A stretch of DNA of 64,000 nucleotides, from IMG/VR virus record IMGVR_UViG_3300021255_003843, positions 32,001 to 96,000 of that record. One strand, written 5' to 3'. Under the pieces are notes generated by a model. It worked only from the letters and a program-made list of their open reading frames with translations, was not told the origin of the DNA and did not search any database. Below are positions 58,163-64,000 of the stretch, one piece after another. This DNA comes from a virus (Duplodnaviria > Caudoviricetes). The translations under genes and the position numbers were made by a program. How positions within the stretch are numbered: the first letter of the stretch is position 1; each line of letters starts with the position of its first letter.

Positions 58163-58355
58163 GGAGACTTAGCTCAACTGGGAGAGCGCCAGCGTTGCTC
58201 AGCGTAGGTCAGATGTATAGTCAGGAACTGACCAAAGCGTTTCGGCTCGGCAATATAACTCACCCCGTGATATTAAACGTTGCCATATTTTGTTGAGGAC
58301 AGAATAAGCGGATGCACGCAAGAGGTCGGCGATTCGAACCCGCCAGTCTCCACCA
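58163..58355 (+). ncRNA. tRNA-Ala(UGC)-derived RNA with 117-nt structured insertion at the anticodon
   Basis: Acceptor GGAGACT/AGTCTCC-ACCA, D arm and T loop intact; removing 58199..58315 gives exactly 76 nt with a TGC anticodon. Confidence 0.8.
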
Positions 58356-58454
58356 GGTGCTGCCTTACAGGGGGCAGTATGCCGGAGTCATGACCGGCAC
58401 TTCTGTACGTCGTTTTGGCACCGGTTTGGGCGCTATAATCTAACTGGTGCACGT

Positions 58455-58528
58455 GGGGATTTAGCTCATCAGGTCAGAGCAGCGCTCTTATAAAGCGCAG
58501 GTGCATGGTTCAAGTCCATGAATCCCTA
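58455..58528 (+). tRNA. tRNA-Ile(UAU)
   Basis: GGGGATT/AATCCCT acceptor, GCGCT-CT TAT AA-AGCGC anticodon arm, CATGG-TTCAAGT-CCATG T arm, A73. Confidence 0.9.
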
Positions 58529-58601
58529 TTTGCCCGTGACCATGGAAACACGGGCAAGACGCATCGCCTCTTTAAAATATAGCCGGCGTGTCCGGCTATA
58601 T

Positions 58602-58673
58602 AGGGGAGTAGCCAAACGGAAAGGCACGGGACTTTGACTCCCGCATGTGAAGGTTCAACTCCTTCCTCCCCTG
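58602..58673 (+). tRNA. tRNA-Gln(UUG)
   Basis: AGGGGAG/CTCCCCT acceptor, CGGGA-CT TTG AC-TCCCG, GAAGG-TTCAACT-CCTTC, G73. Confidence 0.92.
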
Positions 58674-58694
58674 CTACGAAATCAAGGAGCTTAT

Positions 58695-58943
58695 ATGGCG
58701 TGTAAATTCAAACCCGGCGACGTGATCGTCGGCAACGATCTCGCTGACGAACGTTACTTTATCACTAACAAAGGCTGGATCGGTCAGGTCATTTCTGTAA
58801 GCCGGGACTGCTTTAGCGCAAAAACGCTTTACAAAAGCGGCAAGCTTGGCACACTTTTTCCTGCCCTTGGTTACGAATACTTTAACGTGCTCGAACCAGA
58901 ATTCGACGCCAAGCATATTAAACAGATGGCAATGATATTATAG
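58695..58943 (+). CDS. SH3/KOW-like paralog 9
   Basis: FKPGDVIVGN..A...Y.IT.KGWIG.V...YF...AMIL. Confidence 0.8.
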   Translation: MACKFKPGDVIVGNDLADERYFITNKGWIGQVISVSRDCFSAKTLYKSGKLGTLFPALGYEYFNVLEPEFDAKHIKQMAMIL

Positions 58944-58953
58944 GAGCGACCGT

Positions 58954-59196
58954 ATGCTGTCACAAACAAAATTTCAGATAGGCGATTATGTGATCGGCAC
59001 AAAGGAAGCTACCGCGCACTATGCGATCACAAAAGAGGGCTGGACCGGTCAGATAACGGAAATACGGAAATATACTATCATGGTGTACGGCAAAGACAAC
59101 TGTGACCGTGACAGATGGTTCGAAGTAGAGCCTAAATATTTTGAATCATGTGATTCGCAAAATTTCAATCAGAACGAGTTTCAGCAGATATTGTAG
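58954..59196 (+). CDS. SH3/KOW-like paralog 10
   Basis: FQIGDYVIGT..A...Y.IT..GW.G.I...YFE...QQIL. Confidence 0.8.
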   Translation: MLSQTKFQIGDYVIGTKEATAHYAITKEGWTGQITEIRKYTIMVYGKDNCDRDRWFEVEPKYFESCDSQNFNQNEFQQIL

Positions 59197-59205
59197 GGAG
59201 AAACC

Positions 59206-59442
59206 ATGGATCGCAACACTCGATATAAAGTAGGCGACATCGTGCGGTGCTATCGGAAGTTTATTGATGTTCCGGAAGAAACGCTGTTCGAAATTGTCCA
59301 AGTAAACGCCTATTCTTATTATACTACATATCTCATCACGCCGGCCACGATGGATGGCAAGCGTTATTATGTTCGCGCGGAAAGTATTCGCAAGGCGAGC
59401 GTGAACGATTTTGACAAGCGGAAAATTAAAACTCTGCTGTAA
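59206..59442 (+). CDS. SH3/KOW-like paralog 11
   Basis: YKVGDIVRC...KTLL. Confidence 0.8.
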   Translation: MDRNTRYKVGDIVRCYRKFIDVPEETLFEIVQVNAYSYYTTYLITPATMDGKRYYVRAESIRKASVNDFDKRKIKTLL

Positions 59443-59451
59443 GGAGACAAC

Positions 59452-59784
59452 ATGTTTAGTCCATTGAATTATTCGCCGGAAGATCTGTTCGATGACGAAA
59501 ACAAAGACGGCCTCGACAGCGAGCGCTTTGTCGTCGGCGACAGTGTATACATTCATCCGGACCTGCGCGAAACCGACAAGGGTGCGTCCGTGACGGAAGA
59601 TATGCTCAACTATGCCGGTTCGCTTGCCAGAATCGTGAGAGTGCTGGGCAACTCGTATAAGCTCGATGTTGATGATGCAGACTGGGTCTGGGATGATTAC
59701 TGTCTTCTGAGTCAGAATGAGTTCGCGCAATATATTACTGGCGTTGCCAAGGTAGAAATCAAACGGCTGGAGGGCTTGATATGA
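59452..59784 (+). CDS. SH3/KOW-like paralog 12
   Basis: FVVGDSVYIHPDL...M..YAG...Y.LD....W.DYCL...EGLI. Confidence 0.8.
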   Translation: MFSPLNYSPEDLFDDENKDGLDSERFVVGDSVYIHPDLRETDKGASVTEDMLNYAGSLARIVRVLGNSYKLDVDDADWVWDDYCLLSQNEFAQYITGVAKVEIKRLEGLI

Positions 59785-60086
59785 GCTACGATATCTTCGA
59801 CATTCACAACGAAGAGGGCATATGCGCCAAATTGTTCGATGTTGGTGATAAAGTAATCATCCGTTCTGACATCAGACCGACCAATAAACACCCGACGATC
59901 ACATCGCAAATGGCGGCCTTGGCAGGCAAAGAAGGTACCGTTGTCCGTAAAAACGGTGACGCTTCTTATCTTCTTGATATTTCAGGAGGCGAATACGGCT
60001 ACGTCTGGTGCGATTACTGTTTCGAGCCTCCGGACACAGGCGCTGCTAATTCACAAATAACCGAGTCTATGCCGGTTCTGCTGTAA
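59781..60086 (+). CDS. SH3/KOW-like paralog 13
   Basis: FDVGDKVIIRSDI...M..LAG...Y.LD...W.DYCFEP...PVLL. Confidence 0.8.
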   Translation: MSYDIFDIHNEEGICAKLFDVGDKVIIRSDIRPTNKHPTITSQMAALAGKEGTVVRKNGDASYLLDISGGEYGYVWCDYCFEPPDTGAANSQITESMPVLL

Positions 60087-60096
60087 TTTTAACGCT

Positions 60097-60132
60097 ATAA
60101 ACAGCCCGCTCATTAAAAGCGGGCTGTTTATA
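60097..60132 (+). terminator. Terminator after paralog array
   Basis: TATAAACAGCCCGCT-CATTAAA-AGCGGGCTGTTTATA. Confidence 0.7.
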
Positions 60133-60287
60133 TAGAACACCTCGGAAAGGAGGGAGTATATGGTTCGGGTGAGATCGCCCAGCGCATATTCATAAAACCT
60201 TTGACCCAGTTCCATATCTTGTTTGCAGATGCAAACACCAATAAAACCCAATTTAAAACAAATTTCAAAACAAAAAGGAGAAACACT

Positions 60288-60893
60288 ATGATTTCTATCA
60301 CCCTGCTCACCAATGCTGGCCGTCAGACTACTCCCGTGTCCGAAGATACCTCTATCCGCGAAGTGCTGGATTCCAAGCACATCAACTATGCCGCCTCCGT
60401 CGTTCAGCTGGATGGCTGCGCGCTGCGCCCCGGCGACATGGATAAGACCTTCGCCGAAATGGGCATCAAAGACAGCTGCTATCTGACAGCCGTCGTTAAG
60501 GCGGATAATGCTGCCAAGGTCACCGTGGTTGGCGAAGCCGCCGTTGTCACCTCCGCGCTGAAGCTGGCAGACATCAAGACCGCCAAGAAGTATCGCCCGG
60601 AAGCCTTGGAGCTGAAGAAGGACAAGGATGTCATCTTCGCTGTTGACACCACTGATCGTTCCGCCGGCTCCATCAATATCCACGGCGCAACCTTCTCCAA
60701 CGCCACGGACGCTGATGGCTATGCCACCATCACCATGACCGTGGATCGCGGCGAGGATGTTGAGAAGACTCTGCTCGATAAGATCGGCATGGGCCTGCTG
60801 CTGTTGAATCAGGTCGAGGAAGCCTTCGGCGAACAGCTGGCGTCCATCCAGGCTGATCAGGCGAAGATCAAGTCTCTGATCGACATCAAGTAA
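60288..60893 (+). CDS. Ubiquitin-like (beta-grasp) domain (aa 1-75, ending KADNA) fused to a ~126-aa C-terminal domain
   Basis: Ubl-like pattern: I.ITL...TSIREVL...V.LDG..L...DMDKTFAEMGI...CYL..VVK; first gene of the E2/JAB/E1 operon. Confidence 0.75.
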   Translation: MISITLLTNAGRQTTPVSEDTSIREVLDSKHINYAASVVQLDGCALRPGDMDKTFAEMGIKDSCYLTAVVKADNAAKVTVVGEAAVVTSALKLADIKTAKKYRPEALELKKDKDVIFAVDTTDRSAGSINIHGATFSNATDADGYATITMTVDRGEDVEKTLLDKIGMGLLLLNQVEEAFGEQLASIQADQAKIKSLIDIK

Positions 60894-60906
60894 TTCCTGA
60901 CACGAC

Positions 60907-60942
60907 AAGGCGGCGTCCCCATTCAAGGGACGCCGCCTTTTT
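60907..60942 (+). terminator. Intra-operon terminator after Ubl gene
   Basis: AAGGCGGCGTCCC-CATTCAA-GGGACGCCGCC-TTTTT. Confidence 0.8.
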
Positions 60943-60975
60943 CGGAAGCCTCTTAAATGAAAGGACATTATTTCC

Positions 60976-62385
60976 ATGTTCGGAAATACGTTTAATGAAA
61001 TCAAATATTTTGGCGACGCGTTCGCCGAACAACACGAGAAGTTGAGCAGGATCACGCAGCGCGGAAATTATCAGAATGATAAGACGATGCTGGCGTTTGC
61101 ACGAGCCCTTCTATTTAACAGGCTCCCGGAAGGCGAAACCTTCTCCATCAATATCTACCCCATCGACAGCCCGATCTATCAGGACATGATGGACCATCCA
61201 AAGGAGAAGGACGAGCTGCACAATCAGCTGTTCGTTTTCTACAAGGAAGACGATACAATCGACGAAGCGCAGGTCAACGCGTTCTACGCCAAGTATCCTA
61301 CGTTCCATATCATGCAGCAGCATATGGACTTCTTCTCATCGTGCGCAAAAGCCTGGTGCTACAACGATACTGAGAACATTTCCGCCATCCTGTTTCTGCA
61401 GGAAGCGAATGTGCGCAAGATGCACCTGCTGTTCTCCATGCTCTCCGCCTACTTCAAGCCTCTGTGCCCGGTCATGACCGGCTATGAGAAGACAGATTTC
61501 TGCCCGTCCATGACCAAGCGCGCTTCTCAGCCCTTTGAGGAGTGCATGGCTCACCTGGCGCATGAGTATGGCATCGATCAGGAGTATATGGCGTTCATGA
61601 TCCGGAACTACACCCGGAACAACGTACGTGTCGTTATCGATCAGGCTGAACGCACTCTGGCTGAACGGCGGGACACGCTGCAGCGTAATATCGAAGAGTA
61701 CACTAATCTATACCGCGCTTTCAAGCAGGCTTCTGATAACGTTGAACTGCTGAAATCTCGCCCCGTCGAAGAAGATACAGAGCTCGTAGATTTCTTCAAG
61801 GCACATAAGAATATCAGGCTGTTCGACGTCAGCGGCGATATGCTCAAGTTCTATGTACTGGGTACTCTTGAGTGGTTTGATCTTGAATTCTATCATCGCG
61901 CGGCGAGGAACGATAATGCCATCTACCGCATCAACGCGCCACGGGCTTTCTCTGAGCTGGAAGACCGCAAACTGTTGATGGACGCCATCTTCTCCGATGA
62001 TCCGATTTTCAAAATCCGCATGTGCTCATCCTATGGTCTGTCTATCACCGGCGATGTGGACGTCTGGGCTAACTATAACTATCCCGCGGATATACTTAAG
62101 CAGTATATTCCGAATCCGCATATTCAGTATCACCGCTGCCTCGGCGACCATCGTGATCCGATCCGCCGCGCGCTGAGAGACAATAACATGCCGCTCGCCA
62201 TCGAGCAGTGTATCGCCTCCGCTCAGTCCGTCAATATTGCGGAGCGCAGCGTCACCTTCGATCCGTTCATGAAGAACGTATTCAGCTCCACAAACAAGAT
62301 TCTGGTGGATATGAAAGGCAAAGAATATACGCCCGTCGAGGCTCTGAAATATCTGAAAAAGAAAGCGCAGGCTGAGAGCAAATGA
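60976..62385 (+). CDS. Putative prokaryotic E2-like conjugating enzyme with N-terminal domain and coiled coil
   Basis: C-terminal PNPHIQYHRCLG (xPH...CLG, Cys388); operon context. Confidence 0.65.
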   Translation: MFGNTFNEIKYFGDAFAEQHEKLSRITQRGNYQNDKTMLAFARALLFNRLPEGETFSINIYPIDSPIYQDMMDHPKEKDELHNQLFVFYKEDDTIDEAQVNAFYAKYPTFHIMQQHMDFFSSCAKAWCYNDTENISAILFLQEANVRKMHLLFSMLSAYFKPLCPVMTGYEKTDFCPSMTKRASQPFEECMAHLAHEYGIDQEYMAFMIRNYTRNNVRVVIDQAERTLAERRDTLQRNIEEYTNLYRAFKQASDNVELLKSRPVEEDTELVDFFKAHKNIRLFDVSGDMLKFYVLGTLEWFDLEFYHRAARNDNAIYRINAPRAFSELEDRKLLMDAIFSDDPIFKIRMCSSYGLSITGDVDVWANYNYPADILKQYIPNPHIQYHRCLGDHRDPIRRALRDNNMPLAIEQCIASAQSVNIAERSVTFDPFMKNVFSSTNKILVDMKGKEYTPVEALKYLKKKAQAESK

Positions 62386-63230
62386 AAACGATAAAGATCA
62401 CGGAAGCCGATAAGGCCGCCATCAGGGAAGAGTTTGAGAAAACTCTGGCTGATTACCGGCTTCCGAACGGCGAGTTCAAGTTTACAAAATCCTTCGCCGC
62501 CCGCAAAGCGGCGAAGGATGAGCGCATCACGCTCTATTATACGCCGGACGCATATCTGAAGATCACCGCTCTGGTGAACAAGTTCGATACAGAGGTAGGC
62601 TGGCATGGTCTCGTCCGTAAGGTAGACGATAAGACTTACCTGATCTATGACATCCTGGTCTATAAGCAGGAGGTCACCGGCGCAACCGTCAACACGGATC
62701 AGGATGAGTATGTCGAATTCCTGAAGAATCTCACCGACGAGCAGGCCGAGCATATGTTCTATCACGGCCACAGCCATGTCAATATGGGTGTGTTCGCCTC
62801 CTCTGTGGATATGGATCACCGCGCACGCCTGATCCAGTGTGCTGATGAAAACGGTTTCTGGATTTTTCAAATTTGGAACAAACGTAAGGAAGTTTCGACC
62901 GTACTCTATGACCTCGCCAATAATGTTCTGTATGACTCGGATGACATCGATATGACCGTCCTGTTCGCGGACGGCTCCGACGTTACGGAGTTCACTGCGA
63001 ACGCGGATAAGCTCGTCGTAAAAAAAAATACCTTGCCCGCTCAGGTCAAGATCGACAGCAAGTGGTCGGGCGGCTCTTACAATACCGCGCAAAAAGAGCC
63101 CGAAAAGTCCAAAAAGGCAGAAAAAGCTAAGGATAAGAAGAAGTACGAGGACTATGACGACGACCTGATTGACGATGGCACTAAGCCTTATGGCTATGGC
63201 TATGGTTACGGGTATGGCTACAATTACTAA
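62382..63230 (+). CDS. JAB/MPN+ (JAMM) metallopeptidase
   Basis: EVGWHG...HSH-x7-S-x2-D (HSHVNMGVFASSVD); acidic and YG-repeat tail. Confidence 0.9.
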   Translation: MKTIKITEADKAAIREEFEKTLADYRLPNGEFKFTKSFAARKAAKDERITLYYTPDAYLKITALVNKFDTEVGWHGLVRKVDDKTYLIYDILVYKQEVTGATVNTDQDEYVEFLKNLTDEQAEHMFYHGHSHVNMGVFASSVDMDHRARLIQCADENGFWIFQIWNKRKEVSTVLYDLANNVLYDSDDIDMTVLFADGSDVTEFTANADKLVVKKNTLPAQVKIDSKWSGGSYNTAQKEPEKSKKAEKAKDKKKYEDYDDDLIDDGTKPYGYGYGYGYGYNY

Positions 63231-63241
63231 GGAGAGAAGAC

Positions 63242-63913
63242 ATGGATCTTTCTAAATCCTATGAATTCTTCCAGCCTTCCATGTGCGACGGCCGCATCCA
63301 CATCATCGGATGCGGCTCCGTCGGCTCTACAGTGGCGGAACTGCTGGTTCGCTACGGCCTGACCAATATCACGCTCTATGATTTTGATCATGTCGAGGCT
63401 CACAACATCGCTAATCAGATGTTCGATAGTACCGACATCGGCAAGGAAAAGGTCACAGCCGTGGCCGATCATCTGATCGCTATCAATCCGGAGCTGCGGG
63501 ACACTCTGCGCATCGCCGATAAGGGCTATACAAATCAGAAGCTCTCCGGCTATGTATTCCTGTGTGTCGACAATATCGACCTTCGACGCAAGATCGCCGA
63601 GGAAAACAGGAACAATGTATTTATCAAGGCGATGTTCGATTTCAGGACCCGCCTGACCGACGCCCAGCACTACGCTGCGGATTGGTCTGACGAAAAGCAC
63701 AAGGAAGCCTTCATCAATTCTATGCAATTCTCGCACGAGGAGGCGTCCAAGGAGACGCCTATGTCCGCCTGCCATGTCACCCTCAGTGTGGCGGCGACAG
63801 TGCGCCTGATCTGCACCTACGGGGTCGTCAACTTCATTGACTTCCTCAAGAAAGGGACCCTCAAGAAGACCGTACTCATCAACACAGAGCTCTGGGACTT
63901 GATGGGTATCTAA
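63242..63913 (+). CDS. ThiF/E1-like adenylyltransferase
   Basis: IIGCGSVGS, DFDHVEAHNIANQ, GKEKV.A, CVDN...R; candidate catalytic Cys in SACH. Confidence 0.92.
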   Translation: MDLSKSYEFFQPSMCDGRIHIIGCGSVGSTVAELLVRYGLTNITLYDFDHVEAHNIANQMFDSTDIGKEKVTAVADHLIAINPELRDTLRIADKGYTNQKLSGYVFLCVDNIDLRRKIAEENRNNVFIKAMFDFRTRLTDAQHYAADWSDEKHKEAFINSMQFSHEEASKETPMSACHVTLSVAATVRLICTYGVVNFIDFLKKGTLKKTVLINTELWDLMGI

Positions 63914-63930
63914 AATAACAGGAGAGGCTT

Positions 63931-64000
63931 ATGTTTGGATATTTCTACTTCACCAGGCGCGCTATCGCAAAGAAAAGTGGGCAAACAAAGTTCATAAGCC
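63931..64000 (+). CDS. Partial ORF at window edge
   Basis: AGGAGAGG RBS; MFGYFYFTRRAIAKKSGQTKFIS... Confidence 0.45.
   Translation, partial: MFGYFYFTRRAIAKKSGQTKFIS

Noticed and set aside
58163-58355. tmRNA or group I intron
   Set aside because: A3-U70 rather than G3:U70, full D stem, no convincing tag ORF; insert is only 117 nt and no register gives a 5' U with a terminal G.
57990-58600. Theta/HDV-like ribozymes after the tRNAs
   Set aside because: Trailers show simple hairpins; I could not build the nested double pseudoknot by eye.
63242-63913. ThiF/MoeB for cofactor biosynthesis
   Set aside because: No ThiS/MoaD with GG, no rhodanese or biosynthetic neighbours; JAB/E2 context points to conjugation.
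1-64000. Alternative genetic code (stop-codon recoding)
   Set aside because: Long ORFs are intact in code 11, TAA/TAG/TGA all end genes, and no suppressor tRNA is seen.

Overview
This window is a segment of a large tailed (siphovirus-like) phage genome; the GGAGG ribosome-binding sites, sigmaA-type promoters and SPbeta-like head genes suggest a Bacillota/Clostridia host. From 1 to 45.5 kb (- strand) lies the virion operon: terminase, portal, protease/scaffold, capsid, neck, tail tube, frameshifted tail chaperones, a 5453-aa tape measure protein (TMP), Dit, Tal, fibres and endolysin. From 45.8 to 64 kb (+ strand) lie early/accessory genes. Main observations: (1) Two predicted two-barrel DxDGD RNA polymerases, a stand-alone YonO-like one and a second embedded in the N-terminus of the giant TMP, together with two distinct repeated motifs that are candidate promoters for them. 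(2) A phage-encoded ubiquitin-like conjugation operon (Ubl fusion ending KADNA, E2-like, JAB, E1), preceded by 13 paralogous small SH3/KOW-like genes that all end in a hydrophobic dipeptide. (3) Rich RNA biology: a type I hammerhead ribozyme, a cis-antisense RNA over a small ORF, several H-type pseudoknots, tRNA-Asn, tRNA-Ile(UAU), tRNA-Gln, and a tRNA-Ala-derived gene with a 117-nt structured insertion at the anticodon. All calls come from reading motifs by eye; no database searches were run.
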